Shown in pieces: positions 28,718 to 39,175 of a stretch of 64,000 bases of DNA (position 1 is the first letter of the stretch; each line of letters starts with the position of its first letter). Both the position numbers and the translations under genes were made by a program. Origin of the DNA: a virus (Duplodnaviria; Caudoviricetes); IMG/VR virus record IMGVR_UViG_3300006139_000013, positions 5,354 through 69,353 of that record. One strand, given 5' to 3'. Under the pieces are notes generated by a model. The model saw nothing but the letters and a program-made list of their open reading frames with translations. It was not told the DNA's origin and searched no databases.

Positions 28718-29056
28718 ATGGAGCGGAAAAAGCGGTATCAGGTAAGACACAGTAAGAATGAACGGATCGGTACATTGACCAGACTTTTGAATAGTGAAGG
28801 CAATGAGATTAGAACTGGCGATTATATCAAATTAAGGGGAACAAATTATGATGGTATTGTTCTTTGGCATAGAGAAGTGAAGTGCTTTGGAATTTTCTTT
28901 GGCTTGTGGTACTTAGACAGAAATCCTTATAATGCAGATTGTTATGAGAAATTTATTGCAATCAACAGCGATCAGGGTATGAGAATGGATTTGATACCGA
29001 TAGATCAAAGTGAAGCCGTATATGATAACATTAATATTGAAAGGTGGAAAAATTAA
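28718..29056 (+). CDS. hypothetical protein
   Basis: AGGAG RBS. Confidence 0.65.
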   Translation: MERKKRYQVRHSKNERIGTLTRLLNSEGNEIRTGDYIKLRGTNYDGIVLWHREVKCFGIFFGLWYLDRNPYNADCYEKFIAINSDQGMRMDLIPIDQSEAVYDNINIERWKN

Positions 29057-29256
29057 TGAAAAATATTGCTATGTTACCAGTACGTTGTATTTCAATTCGT
29101 GAATCAAATCCAACGCAAATTACAGTTGGACATGGATATGTGGTTGATCGTTTATCAATTTGGATGGATGCAGATGGAGATGCTTATGGTGTTGTCTATG
29201 ATTGTAAAGGAAATCGTCTTGGAAATATGCTATTGAAACATTTTAACTGCTTATGA
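29056..29256 (+). CDS. hypothetical protein
   Basis: TAATG coupling. Confidence 0.6.
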   Translation: MKNIAMLPVRCISIRESNPTQITVGHGYVVDRLSIWMDADGDAYGVVYDCKGNRLGNMLLKHFNCL

Positions 29257-29266
29257 GGTGATTCAA

Positions 29267-29491
29267 ATGGAAAAGACAATCTTTGGTGATAGACCTAATA
29301 ACCCAGCAGCTTATTGTAAACTTCATTGTGGATCATTGACGGTAAAGGAAATGAAGCGTAAGGGCTGTCTTGGAAAACAATGCAGACATTTACAAAAGAA
29401 TGAGCAGCATGAATATTGGCGGCAAAGAGAATTGGCAAAGGCCAGAAAGAAAAGTGTTAGTGGTTTAGAAATAAGTGATTACTTGTCTTGA
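29267..29491 (+). CDS. Cys-rich hypothetical protein
   Basis: GAGGTGAT RBS. Confidence 0.6.
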   Translation: MEKTIFGDRPNNPAAYCKLHCGSLTVKEMKRKGCLGKQCRHLQKNEQHEYWRQRELAKARKKSVSGLEISDYLS

Positions 29492-29706
29492 AAAATTGAT
29501 TTAGACAACGTATAATAGCAAAATAAACACAAAAGCAAAATGATATATGGGGGGGCAAAAATGAAACGGTGTTTTTATCTTACTTGCGAAGGGATGAAAC
29601 AGGGGTATCTTGTTTCAAAAGATAATAATTTTAGCGTAGTTGTTGATCTGGATGGTAATGAACTCATATTAAAAAATTGGAAGGTTATGGAGGTGCAATT
29701 TTAATA

Positions 29707-29883
29707 ATGTATGAAGTATGTGGATACTATGTTAGTAGTGTATTGAGGAAAACCTTTAATACAATTTCAAGTGCGCTGAACTATGCGTCAGAATTATGCA
29801 ATGATGGAAAATCTATTAGCGTGGAAATAAAAGACACGCAGAAAAATGAGATGTTATATGAATTTATTCCAGATCGAAAATAA
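29707..29883 (+). CDS. hypothetical protein
   Basis: GGAGG RBS. Confidence 0.5.
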   Translation: MYEVCGYYVSSVLRKTFNTISSALNYASELCNDGKSISVEIKDTQKNEMLYEFIPDRK

Positions 29884-29918
29884 TAATAAATTTTTATATG
29901 TTATATAGGAGGTTTGCG

Positions 29919-30242
29919 ATGACTTATAGTGATTTATTAAAAGAAACCGCTATTAAAAAGCGTAAAGCTATTGCAGAAATTAATACAGCATTAAAGGGGC
30001 CGTGTGGTTTTTTGATTGAGGAAGAGATTAAGAAAGACCCCGGAAAAGTTGCTTGGAGTTATCTTGCTAAAGAGTTTTGTGAAAAACTTGCAGAACACGT
30101 AGATGAATTTATTGAGCAAGCAGGTGGAGTAGATACAATGGAGGCACGTGAAATCGGAGAGATTTATATGGCCTATGAAGATGGAGATTCGGATATTTAT
30201 AATTATTTACCAATAGAAGCACAGTTATTTGAAAAAGAATAA
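29919..30242 (+). CDS. hypothetical protein
   Basis: AGGAGG RBS. Confidence 0.65.
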   Translation: MTYSDLLKETAIKKRKAIAEINTALKGPCGFLIEEEIKKDPGKVAWSYLAKEFCEKLAEHVDEFIEQAGGVDTMEAREIGEIYMAYEDGDSDIYNYLPIEAQLFEKE

Positions 30243-30276
30243 GATAACAGGCTATATGCCAGAAAGGAAAAGTAAC

Positions 30277-30579
30277 ATGAATAATGAAATCTTTTATGTA
30301 TTGGTTGACGATCATATTGTTACTCGGCAGGAAGTGGAAATGGCGTTTTATGTGACGCATGGGTATCATAATACGCATAAGCATGAGCAGGAATTTTTGA
30401 GGTGGTTGTATTCCTTGCTTGGGAAAACTATTAAACAGGCGATCTTGGAATATGATATGCAAGTGGAAAAACTGGCACAGTGCCGTCCGATTCTTGCTAT
30501 GAAGCTGTATCGTGAACGTTATGGTGGTACTTTGGCTGATGCGAGAGATTATGTGGAAAATCTTCAGAATAAGTCTTGA
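30277..30579 (+). CDS. hypothetical protein
   Basis: AAGGA RBS. Confidence 0.6.
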   Translation: MNNEIFYVLVDDHIVTRQEVEMAFYVTHGYHNTHKHEQEFLRWLYSLLGKTIKQAILEYDMQVEKLAQCRPILAMKLYRERYGGTLADARDYVENLQNKS

Positions 30580-30604
30580 CAATAACGGTATAATCAATTA
30601 TAAT
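30576..30604 (+). promoter_or_regulatory. sigmaA promoter with operator-like motif in spacer
   Basis: TTGACA-17-TATAAT. Confidence 0.9.
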
Positions 30605-30606
30605 TA

Positions 30607-30813
30607 ATGAGCGATGTAAAAATGAAAAATAATGTTTTGATTATTAACTATTCGGCAATCATCACTTACCGCAACGGCGAAAATCGTGGATATACAATTC
30701 AGGCAGGGAGCCAGAAAGAAGCATTTGAAAAACTGATGAATCATGTAAATTTCAATTTGGTGCGGAAAGTTGAAATTGCTGAGATCATCGTGGATGAGGA
30801 TATGATTAAATAA
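30607..30813 (+). CDS. hypothetical protein
   Basis: Directly after promoter; possibly leaderless. Confidence 0.6.
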   Translation: MSDVKMKNNVLIINYSAIITYRNGENRGYTIQAGSQKEAFEKLMNHVNFNLVRKVEIAEIIVDEDMIK

Positions 30814-30827
30814 GGGAGGATTCAATA

Positions 30828-31271
30828 ATGAACGGAATTGTTATAACCGAAAAGAATTTTAATAGCGTGGCAGCAAGAATGGTTAAATTCTTTAATGGTG
30901 CAGATATTATTCAATGGCATTCTTTTGATTGCGGTATGAAGCGGCATATTCCTACTGATTTTATTTCTAATTCTGAAATCGAAAGAGGAAAACATATCAG
31001 ATGTGTATATCGTTATCCGTGTGTCTCTGCTAAAGTTGGTGAGTCTGCTGGAAGGAAATACATTGCGATTCGTCTTAATAATGATTGCGGTTGGTGTTAT
31101 GAAATCGGTGATGTAGTTAAATTTTGTGGAAATCGAATTCAAACACGTACTAAATTTATCGGTAGCGGCTTTGAATGGTGTTATGACACATATCAGCTTT
31201 GGGATGAAAACGGAGGCTTTAAGGATATTCAGCCCGAATATGAATGGCCTATTGATGATTGGGACTATTGA
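30828..31271 (+). CDS. hypothetical protein
   Basis: GGAGG RBS. Confidence 0.65.
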   Translation: MNGIVITEKNFNSVAARMVKFFNGADIIQWHSFDCGMKRHIPTDFISNSEIERGKHIRCVYRYPCVSAKVGESAGRKYIAIRLNNDCGWCYEIGDVVKFCGNRIQTRTKFIGSGFEWCYDTYQLWDENGGFKDIQPEYEWPIDDWDY

Positions 31272-31290
31272 TCGGAGGTAGTGAAAAACT

Positions 31291-31635
31291 GTGGACAATA
31301 TTGTAGAAGTTAGATTCTTCCAGTGTACGTGCAGCAGATGTAAGCAAGTTGTTAAGAATAAACGTGGCTGGGCTGATTTGCAGGATAACGGATGGAAATG
31401 GATTGGAAAAATGCTATTATGTCCAGAGTGTTATGCTCCATATGAAAATCTTAATCCCCAAATAGGCGATACCGTTCGTTGTTTGGTAAAAAGAGATTCA
31501 TATAGACAGGTACAATACATGGAAACATATCAAGTTTGTGAGCGTATTGAGAATGAACCCGGAGCAGTTTATGTAGACCTTCGGGATGGATGGCAAGCAA
31601 GATTGGATCGTGGCGAATATGAAATTGTTAAATAA
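31291..31635 (+). CDS. Zn-binding hypothetical protein
   Basis: CxCxxC...CxxC. Confidence 0.65.
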   Translation: MDNIVEVRFFQCTCSRCKQVVKNKRGWADLQDNGWKWIGKMLLCPECYAPYENLNPQIGDTVRCLVKRDSYRQVQYMETYQVCERIENEPGAVYVDLRDGWQARLDRGEYEIVK

Positions 31636-31646
31636 GGAGTATTATT

Positions 31647-32036
31647 ATGGACGATTTGACACTTGGAATTATTGATGCTGTTAAGCGTGGCAAGAAGTCT
31701 GGTAAAGAATCTATTATTGATTTTCTTTCAGAATACACAGGAACGCCGAAAGAGCATTATTCTGATAGCAAACTTATACAGATCATTCGCAATGCGTTTA
31801 TAGATTATTTAAAAACAGCGGATAATCCAGCGTTTGATGTATGGCAATACTTTGATGCAAAGCGGCAGCAGGAAAACTTCAAAGATGTTTTTCCAGCGCA
31901 GCATAAAAAGTATGTGGAACGTGATAATTGTATGGACATTGATACAGAGGCAATTCTTTCTGCATTCCGCTTGGCCTGTGTTCAGAAAGACGGCAAATAT
32001 GTGAATGGATTTAGAGATTGGAAGGAGCAGAAGTAA
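31647..32036 (+). CDS. hypothetical protein
   Basis: AAGGAG RBS. Confidence 0.65.
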   Translation: MDDLTLGIIDAVKRGKKSGKESIIDFLSEYTGTPKEHYSDSKLIQIIRNAFIDYLKTADNPAFDVWQYFDAKRQQENFKDVFPAQHKKYVERDNCMDIDTEAILSAFRLACVQKDGKYVNGFRDWKEQK

Positions 32037-32224
32037 TGAAAAGGTTAGGTAAGTTTACTGGAAAAATATATGATGATGACTATGATTTTTCTAAATGTCT
32101 GGAATGCTGTGTTTGTATTTCTCCAGAACAGGCTAATGATGAAAAATATATCGCAGAGCGTCATGCGAAAGATTTGCTTGATTGTTTAAAGTGTATGGGT
32201 TGTCCAGCAGCTACAATGTATTGA
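32036..32224 (+). CDS. Cys-rich small protein
   Basis: TAATG coupling. Confidence 0.6.
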   Translation: MKRLGKFTGKIYDDDYDFSKCLECCVCISPEQANDEKYIAERHAKDLLDCLKCMGCPAATMY

Positions 32225-32243
32225 TATGAAAGGAGCAAGTAAA

Positions 32244-32462
32244 ATGAATTATGTATATAAGATCGCTTATTTAGCTAAAGATGGAGGCACGTTCCACGGA
32301 TTGCCTTATCTTCATGATGAAGCATTTTCAGATATTGATAATGCAAGAAAAACGCAAAAGGAATTAAAAGAAGCTGGTTTCAAAGGTGTAGAAATTTTTA
32401 AAGTTCCAGATGTTCCAGATGAAATCACATGGGGTTATGTTGAGGCCAATAAAGTTGAATAA
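32244..32462 (+). CDS. hypothetical protein
   Basis: AAAGGAG RBS. Confidence 0.6.
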   Translation: MNYVYKIAYLAKDGGTFHGLPYLHDEAFSDIDNARKTQKELKEAGFKGVEIFKVPDVPDEITWGYVEANKVE

Positions 32463-32476
32463 GCGGAGGTAATATA

Positions 32477-33499
32477 ATGGACATTATTGAAGTTTTGATT
32501 CGCCCGGAGTATCGGTTCATTCAAACAAACCCTCATCTTGGGGGGTCGATGCTGTTTGCAACATTTGGCGGTAGTCATTCATACGGTACAAACGTAGAAG
32601 GATCAGACATAGACATTCGTGGATGTGCTTTTAATTCCAAGACTGATTTGCTTGGTAGAACAAATTTTGAACAAGTGATTGATAATGCTACAGATACTAC
32701 AATCTATTCGTTCAATAAGCTGATTGGTCTACTGGAAAACTGCAATCCAAACACAATCGAAATGCTTGGCTGTAGGCCAGAGTCTTATATGTTCTATCAT
32801 CCTATTGGAAAAATGATGGTAGATCAGCGAAAGATGTTTCTGTCGCAAAAGGCAGTTGGTTCTTTTGGCGGTTATGCTACACAGCAGTTGCGGCGGCTGC
32901 AAGCTGCTCTGGCACGTGATCGGTATGACCAGAGTGAAAAGGAAAAGCAAATTCTGTCTTCGTGCAAATCTTCTATGACTACGTTTAATGACCGCTATAA
33001 AGAGTTTGAGGAAGGTGCAATCAATCTTTACATAGGCGATTCTGAACGTGATGATTTGGACACGGAAATCTTTGTGGATGTTTCGCTTCAGCATTATCCG
33101 TTGCGTGACTATAAGAACATCTGGAGCGATTTGAATACAGTTGTAAAAGAGTATGGAAAGATTACACAGCGGAACAAGAAAAAAGATGATGCGCACCTGA
33201 ACAAACACGCTATGCACCTGATCCGTTTGTATCTTATGTGTATCGACATTCTTGAAACTGGTGACATTGTAACCTATCGGAAAAATGATCTACCTTTGCT
33301 GATGGCTATTCGGAATGGTGAGTATCAGAAAGAAGATGGAACATTCCGACAGGAGTTTTATGATATGTTGGACGTATATGAGCAGCGGATGCAGTATGCA
33401 AAGAAGAACACCGATCTGCCTCCGAAGCCTGACTATAAGAAGATCGAAGAATTTGTGATAATGGCAAATTTGGAGGCCATTCAGATTACAGGAGGATAA
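32477..33499 (+). CDS. Pol-beta superfamily nucleotidyltransferase (RlaP/PF10127-like)
   Basis: GGSHSYGTNVEGSDIDIRG motif; KHAMHLIRL. Confidence 0.8.
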   Translation: MDIIEVLIRPEYRFIQTNPHLGGSMLFATFGGSHSYGTNVEGSDIDIRGCAFNSKTDLLGRTNFEQVIDNATDTTIYSFNKLIGLLENCNPNTIEMLGCRPESYMFYHPIGKMMVDQRKMFLSQKAVGSFGGYATQQLRRLQAALARDRYDQSEKEKQILSSCKSSMTTFNDRYKEFEEGAINLYIGDSERDDLDTEIFVDVSLQHYPLRDYKNIWSDLNTVVKEYGKITQRNKKKDDAHLNKHAMHLIRLYLMCIDILETGDIVTYRKNDLPLLMAIRNGEYQKEDGTFRQEFYDMLDVYEQRMQYAKKNTDLPPKPDYKKIEEFVIMANLEAIQITGG

Positions 33500-33649
33500 T
33501 TATATGCGATGGCTTGGCAACTTTGTTGGTGAAGAACAAGTCGTAAGAAAATTTGCGTTTTTGCCGATAGCTGGAGTTTGTCGCTATTCATCAAACTTGG
33601 CTTGGTGGATCGTGGCATAATGATTGGTTTGAGGACTAAGGAGAAATAT

Positions 33650-33919
33650 ATGTTTTTGAATGTGGTAATTGGAACACCTTTAGTTGCTCCAGAGGAATTA
33701 TTGGCGTTCAATCTTGATGATTGGAACAATAACGAAAAGCAGCATACTTTATTTACAGAAACAAGATATTTGCCAGCGGTACTTAAAGAAGCTGGTATAG
33801 TTTCTTCAACTAATGAAGTGCGGAAAAACAAACCAAAGTTAAATATTACGCTGGATAGGCCAGATTGTATGATGATTAAGTGGGGAAAGAAGTTTTTGTT
33901 TATTGTAGTAGGAGAATAA
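33650..33919 (+). CDS. S4-like RNA-binding domain protein
   Basis: LKEAGIVSSTNEVRK...IKWGKK; ATG after AAGGAG. Confidence 0.55.
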   Translation: MFLNVVIGTPLVAPEELLAFNLDDWNNNEKQHTLFTETRYLPAVLKEAGIVSSTNEVRKNKPKLNITLDRPDCMMIKWGKKFLFIVVGE

Positions 33920-33920
33920 A

Positions 33921-34286
33921 ATGAAAAATAAGGTTCGTGTAAGATATTTTAATCAAAGAGGTTCACGTTTTAATCACAGTAGTTTTAAAGAAGTTTTTCG
34001 TTATCAAATTTATAGAAATCTTACTGTTTCAAAATCAATAAATGGCGTATGTTGGTGGTTTCATTCAGAAAATAAATGGTTTAATTGGAATGATGCTATT
34101 AAATTAGGATTGTTAGATAAAAATGGTCGAAGTTGTTCAACTCATAGTAAAGAAATACGTAGTGTTAAAGCGGCTATTCGTCATGCAAAAAAACATATTG
34201 AACTTCCTGTAGGGACTGTTCTTTCACTTTGTTCTAATTTTGCTGGCATAGGAGTTGAAATAAAGATTATTGGAAAAATAGATTGA
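33921..34286 (+). CDS. hypothetical protein
   Basis: AGGAG RBS. Confidence 0.6.
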   Translation: MKNKVRVRYFNQRGSRFNHSSFKEVFRYQIYRNLTVSKSINGVCWWFHSENKWFNWNDAIKLGLLDKNGRSCSTHSKEIRSVKAAIRHAKKHIELPVGTVLSLCSNFAGIGVEIKIIGKID

Positions 34287-34300
34287 ATACTGGAGGAAAC

Positions 34301-34555
34301 ATGGATATTAAATTTGAATTGTCTTTTACAGAAGCTATGCAAGCTGTATTGGATGGAAAATTTGTTCAAGGCGAACATTTTGTTTGGAACGCTTATCTTG
34401 CTGCAAAAGATGGAATTGTGATGATTAATTCTTTCCATAGTGATGAAGCGATTAAATATCATGTGGATGGAAAATTTTTTATTACAAATGGCGTACTCTC
34501 GCAAAAATATAGAGAAGTTTCGGTGTTAAATGAAAGTGGACTATTCCATATGTAA
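34301..34555 (+). CDS. hypothetical protein
   Basis: GGAGG RBS. Confidence 0.6.
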   Translation: MDIKFELSFTEAMQAVLDGKFVQGEHFVWNAYLAAKDGIVMINSFHSDEAIKYHVDGKFFITNGVLSQKYREVSVLNESGLFHM

Positions 34556-34752
34556 TTAGGAGGTATAAGATGATTTTAATTGACATGGAGATGCCTACTG
34601 GTTGTGATGAGTGTCCTTGTTGTCAGCCAGACGCACATTTTAATAGATATACTTGTGGTGTTGATGACGATGATGATGTGATGGATGATGAGACTGGTGA
34701 GATTTTTCAAGTTCGTCCGCCTTGGTGTCCATTAAAAGAAATGTAGGTTCTT

Positions 34753-36096
34753 ATGGGAAAAATAATTAATATTCCAGATGCTCCAAAGCAGCTTATGAAG
34801 ATTCTGTTGGATGCAGGATATGAAGCCTATGTAGTGGGTGGCTGCGTTCGTGATTTTCTGTTGGGACGTGTGCCGCATGATTGGGATATTTGTACGAATG
34901 CACTTCCAGAACAAATGAAGGAGTGTTTTGCTGATTATCATGTAATTAAAACTGGCCTCCAGCATGGCACTCTTACAGTTATGGTGGATCATGTTGGGTA
35001 TGAAATTACAACATATCGCACTGATGGAGAGTACACAGATCATCGGCATCCAGATTCAGTGCAGTTTGTCGGCACACTTCAAGAAGATTTGATGCGCCGT
35101 GATTTTACAATCAATGCAATGGCTGCTGATATTAGTGGAAAAATCCGAGACTTTTATGATGGACAATTTGATTTGGAACATAAGTGGATTCGTTGTGTAG
35201 GCGATCCGAATAAACGGTTCACGGAAGATCCATTGCGTATCCTTCGTGCTATGCGGTTTGAATCAAATCTGGGGTTTGCCATTGAACCTTATACAGAAAT
35301 GGCTATGAGGGATCATCGGTATCTGCTCCAGCATATATCCGCTGAAAGAATCAATTCGGAACTATGTGGTATTTTGATGGGCGATTGCTATTCAACGCTG
35401 GCCTGTTACCCTGATGTGCTGGCAGTGTGTATTCCAGATGTTGAACGGTGTATTGGGTTTAAGCAAAACAATCCTCATCACAATAGAAATGTTTGGAATC
35501 ATATTGTGTACGCTGTTTCGGTTGCACCTAAAGACCTTTATGTTCGGCTGGCATTATTGTATCATGATATTGGAAAGCCGTTGTGTTATACAATAGATAG
35601 TGGCGTAGGACATTTTTATGGTCATGCTGCTATCAGTAGAGACATAGCAGAAAAGTCTTTGCGAGAACTACGATTTGATAATCAGACTGTTAAGCTGGTG
35701 ACACAGCTTGTAGAAGCCCATGACAGGACGATTGAGCCACGTAAGCCAGTGATTCGCCGCTGTATGAATAAGCTGGGGCTGGAGCAATTTCTTCGTTTAT
35801 TGAATGTAAAAGAAGCCGACTATGCCGCACAAGCACAGTTGTATGGTGATAGATTGCAAAAGGTAGAGATTCTTCAGATGGCAAATGAAATTCTGGCAGC
35901 ACAAATACAGCAGGAAGAATGTTTCACCTTGAAAGATTTAGCTATCAATGGTAATGACTTGATTCAGCTTGGATATAAACCCGGAAAGAAAATTGGAACT
36001 GTGTTAAATCAGTTGCTTGAGATGGTGATTGATGATAAAATAGCAAATGACAAAGTTCAGTTGACCTTGTGGGCAATCAATCGGATGGAGGAATAG
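34753..36096 (+). CDS. cca: CCA tRNA nucleotidyltransferase with HD domain
   Basis: VGGCVRDFLLG...DWDI; RRDFTINAM; EDPLRILR; LYHDIGK. Confidence 0.93.
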   Translation: MGKIINIPDAPKQLMKILLDAGYEAYVVGGCVRDFLLGRVPHDWDICTNALPEQMKECFADYHVIKTGLQHGTLTVMVDHVGYEITTYRTDGEYTDHRHPDSVQFVGTLQEDLMRRDFTINAMAADISGKIRDFYDGQFDLEHKWIRCVGDPNKRFTEDPLRILRAMRFESNLGFAIEPYTEMAMRDHRYLLQHISAERINSELCGILMGDCYSTLACYPDVLAVCIPDVERCIGFKQNNPHHNRNVWNHIVYAVSVAPKDLYVRLALLYHDIGKPLCYTIDSGVGHFYGHAAISRDIAEKSLRELRFDNQTVKLVTQLVEAHDRTIEPRKPVIRRCMNKLGLEQFLRLLNVKEADYAAQAQLYGDRLQKVEILQMANEILAAQIQQEECFTLKDLAINGNDLIQLGYKPGKKIGTVLNQLLEMVIDDKIANDKVQLTLWAINRMEE

Positions 36097-36099
36097 TTT

Positions 36100-36405
36100 A
36101 TGTTGCTTTTAAAAGGAGAAAGAAGAAAAAGTGTTGTATGTGATGCAATTCTTAAAGGGAACAAAAATGCGGTTTGTTACCAATATACAAGAGATGTTGT
36201 TCCTACATTGAATTCATATATTGTTTCTTCAGATAATCCACAAGAACTTTTGGGAGAGAAACTTTTAAATGAAGTTCAATTAAGCAATCCAAATATGCTT
36301 GTAATATATACAAATGAAAAACAAGCGGATTTAGCTGTTCTTCAAGAATGGATAGATAAAATTGAAAATTCTTCTGGTTGCTTAGTAATTTTAGCGTGTA
36401 GGTAA
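36100..36405 (+). CDS. hypothetical protein
   Basis: GGAGG RBS. Confidence 0.6.
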   Translation: MLLLKGERRKSVVCDAILKGNKNAVCYQYTRDVVPTLNSYIVSSDNPQELLGEKLLNEVQLSNPNMLVIYTNEKQADLAVLQEWIDKIENSSGCLVILACR

Positions 36406-36414
36406 GGTGATATT

Positions 36415-36760
36415 ATGGCTGAATGGCGATACAAGTTAGAATTTCATGGCAAGGATTTACGTGAGAAAATCAATAATGGCGGAGAGGATTTAGAGTCATG
36501 TAAAGCCACGCTTCAGGCTTTAAAGGATTGTTACGATTAAATAAAAAGACTGGTCAAGGATGATTGGTGGAACTTTGAAAGTGACTATGAGTCTGGAGTA
36601 TTACATTGGTGTGTTGAACAATCCAGATGAGGGCGCACGTGAAGATGCTTTGCTGGATGGTGGTTATAATGGTTTTAATCCCGCACTTGAATGTGTAAAT
36701 GATAGCCTTCGAGCCTTTTATGATCTTTGTGATTATTATAGGATTTGGGTAGGTGTGTAA
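36415..36760 (+). pseudogene. disrupted hypothetical gene
   Basis: In-frame TAA at 36538-36540 then a frame switch near 36590 joins the 36560-36760 ORF. Confidence 0.55.
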
Positions 36761-36761
36761 A

Positions 36762-37025
36762 ATGACAGAGCAAGAAAAATATATTCTTTTGCAAAAATGT
36801 ATTGAAACTGCGAAAGAATTACAAGATAAGGCAACTGAAGCAGAAAATTTGATTTTCGAGGCATTAAGCGATCTTGGTATTGATCCTGCAAAATATACTA
36901 CGGCAGCAGAAAATGCCAGCGACTTAGCAGAAGCGATTTCTTGTTATATAAGTTATGGAGAATATTCTGTAGATGGGCTGATGCAAGAAATTCGGAAAGC
37001 ATATGAGGAAGAGAATAATGGGTAA
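36762..37025 (+). CDS. hypothetical protein
   Basis: ORF in operon. Confidence 0.6.
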   Translation: MTEQEKYILLQKCIETAKELQDKATEAENLIFEALSDLGIDPAKYTTAAENASDLAEAISCYISYGEYSVDGLMQEIRKAYEEENNG

Positions 37026-37224
37026 GGTTGGACGATATGTAAAATGCCCTTGCGGACATTCTGATGGCGGTGATGATATAATTGATAGCTATTCTGTACT
37101 TGACCGCAGCTACAATGGCTCTGAACTTGTTATTCGGGAATCAAGAAAGTGTGATATTTGTCATAAATATTACTCTGTGATTATGCACTACAAATTACAG
37201 TATGAAGAGGTTGAAAATAGATGA
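37018..37224 (+). CDS. Zn-ribbon small protein
   Basis: CPCGH...CDICH. Confidence 0.6.
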   Translation: MGKVGRYVKCPCGHSDGGDDIIDSYSVLDRSYNGSELVIRESRKCDICHKYYSVIMHYKLQYEEVENR

Positions 37225-37751
37225 GGTTTAGAGATATTCCACAATTTATCAGCGATGGATCATATCAAGTCAATATGTCGTGGGAATATTTAATTGAGTG
37301 GTTGGATCAGAGGGTAAAAGAAGAAGGGTTACAACTTAATCCAGATTTTCAGCGAGGTCATGTCTGGACTGAAGAACAGCAAATTAAATTCTTGGAGTTT
37401 ATTCTTCAGGGTGGTAAGACTGGACGTACTCTTTATTTCAACGATCCGTACTGGCATAGTGTTAGACCAAAGACTGGATATGCTGATTTCGTGTGTGTTG
37501 ATGGCCTCCAGCGAATTACAGCTATTCAGCGGTTTATGAATGATGAAATTCGTGTATTTGGTTTGCTTCATTCTGAATTTGAGGGTGAAACAGATTTGGT
37601 TCGGCACAGTATGTTGCTGAATGTAAATGATCTCAAGACGAAGAAAGAAGTTTTACAGTGGTATGTTCAGATGAATGCTGGCGGTACACCACATTCCGCA
37701 GAAGAAATTGAGCGTGTAAAAAAGTTAATGGAGGAATGCGAAAATGTGTGA
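37221..37751 (+). CDS. stand-alone short DUF262 protein
   Basis: NPDFQRGHVW; VDGLQRITAI; MNAGG. Confidence 0.85.
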   Translation: MRFRDIPQFISDGSYQVNMSWEYLIEWLDQRVKEEGLQLNPDFQRGHVWTEEQQIKFLEFILQGGKTGRTLYFNDPYWHSVRPKTGYADFVCVDGLQRITAIQRFMNDEIRVFGLLHSEFEGETDLVRHSMLLNVNDLKTKKEVLQWYVQMNAGGTPHSAEEIERVKKLMEECENV

Positions 37752-37941
37752 ACTTTGTGAGCGGTTTGATTTCGGCTCTGCTGCTTATGAAATAGACCGA
37801 CATGGAACAAGAATTGTTATGGCTGGAGGTAACTATCGTTTTCCAGAAGAAAGACAGTTTAATTTTTGTCCTCGATGTGGTGCATCCCGTGTTGAAGTGC
37901 TGACAAAACGATCTAATAATAGCCAGAGTTTATCTATTTAA
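37744..37941 (+). CDS. Zn-ribbon small protein
   Basis: CELC...CPRC. Confidence 0.6.
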   Translation: MCELCERFDFGSAAYEIDRHGTRIVMAGGNYRFPEERQFNFCPRCGASRVEVLTKRSNNSQSLSI

Positions 37942-37968
37942 CGACATAATAACGTAATATTCAATAGG

Positions 37969-38775
37969 GTGAATGAAATGATACGAGTAAATGAAAGCGA
38001 ATTAAACCTCAAGACGATCATGGATAGTGGTCAGTGTTTTCGCATTTTCAGTGTTGAAGATAGTTATTTTGCTGCTGTCTATGATGTTCTGGCAATGAAT
38101 AAGTATGTTCGTGTCTATCATGTCAAATCTGAAGGTGCATATTTCTTTAATTGTGACAAAGAAGAATGGGATTTTTGGCGAATGTATTTCGACCTCGATA
38201 CAAATTACCAAGATTTCTTTGATGCTATTTCAAGATCAGATGATGGTTTTCTAAAAACAGCAGCAGAATATGGGAGTGGTATGCGGATACTAAAACAATC
38301 TTTTTGGGAGGCATTGATTTCTTTTGTTATCTCACAAAACAACAATATTCCACGAATTAAGAAGTCTATCGAATTGCTCTGCGAAAAGTTTGGCAAACCT
38401 ATTGAGAAATATGGAATGGTTCGGTATTCATTTCCTACCGCAAAGGATTTAGAGAATATTTCTTTGGATGATTTATCGGATTTGGGATTAGGGTATCGTG
38501 CATCTTATATTTATGGTATATGCAAACGAAACTCAGCTTTAATTATGCCTAACTATGATATGTTGTTGGCTATTCCGGGGATCGGTAAAAAAGTGGCCTC
38601 CTGTATCATGTTATTTGGCGCATATGATTTGACGCAATTTCCGATTGATACTTGGATGAGGAAGTTGTTAGATGAAGTTTATGACGGCAAATTTGACACT
38701 ACACCATATAAGGGCTTTGAAGGATTTGTACAGCAGCTTCAGTTTTATTATTATCGTCATTTGAAAGGAAAATGA
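37969..38775 (+). CDS. 8-oxoguanine DNA glycosylase (OGG1-like, HhH-GPD)
   Basis: SGQCFR; ISQNNNIPRI; LGLGYRA; IPGIGKKVA; FPIDTW. Confidence 0.92.
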   Translation: MNEMIRVNESELNLKTIMDSGQCFRIFSVEDSYFAAVYDVLAMNKYVRVYHVKSEGAYFFNCDKEEWDFWRMYFDLDTNYQDFFDAISRSDDGFLKTAAEYGSGMRILKQSFWEALISFVISQNNNIPRIKKSIELLCEKFGKPIEKYGMVRYSFPTAKDLENISLDDLSDLGLGYRASYIYGICKRNSALIMPNYDMLLAIPGIGKKVASCIMLFGAYDLTQFPIDTWMRKLLDEVYDGKFDTTPYKGFEGFVQQLQFYYYRHLKGK

Positions 38776-39171
38776 AAATGCGACAACCCACAGTAGAAAA
38801 TAAATATGATCTTACTATGGCGAAAATCCGAAAGCTGAAAATCACAGATAGAAGTCAGATTGGCAAGCCGTTGTTTTGGCGTAATGATGTAATTGGAGCA
38901 TGGTGCATTGTTGGGGGCTACTGGTAGCGATATGGATATTCAATTCGGAACAGATAATGAGTTTTGGATTGGTATATACGATGACAATGCCAAAGCATAT
39001 GCTGGTAAATTTCGAGTTCATTTTACATCTTATGGTGGAATGTGCGGCTATAAATTCAATCAATTCTTTAGAGAAAAAGACATTGAGAATGATAATGACT
39101 TACTTATTCAAGAGAAGTTTCTTAGCAAAATAAATGAGTTAATTGATTTGGGGATTCTAAGTCAGGAGTGA
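38772..39171 (+). pseudogene. hypothetical gene frameshifted at G5 tract
   Basis: 38772 ORF joins the 38893-39171 ORF if GGGGG (38913-38917) loses one G. Confidence 0.6.
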
Positions 39172-39175
39172 TATT

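Noticed and set aside
36415-36760. Programmed readthrough plus frameshift
   Set aside because: Two independent lesions in a small unknown gene fit decay or sequence error better.
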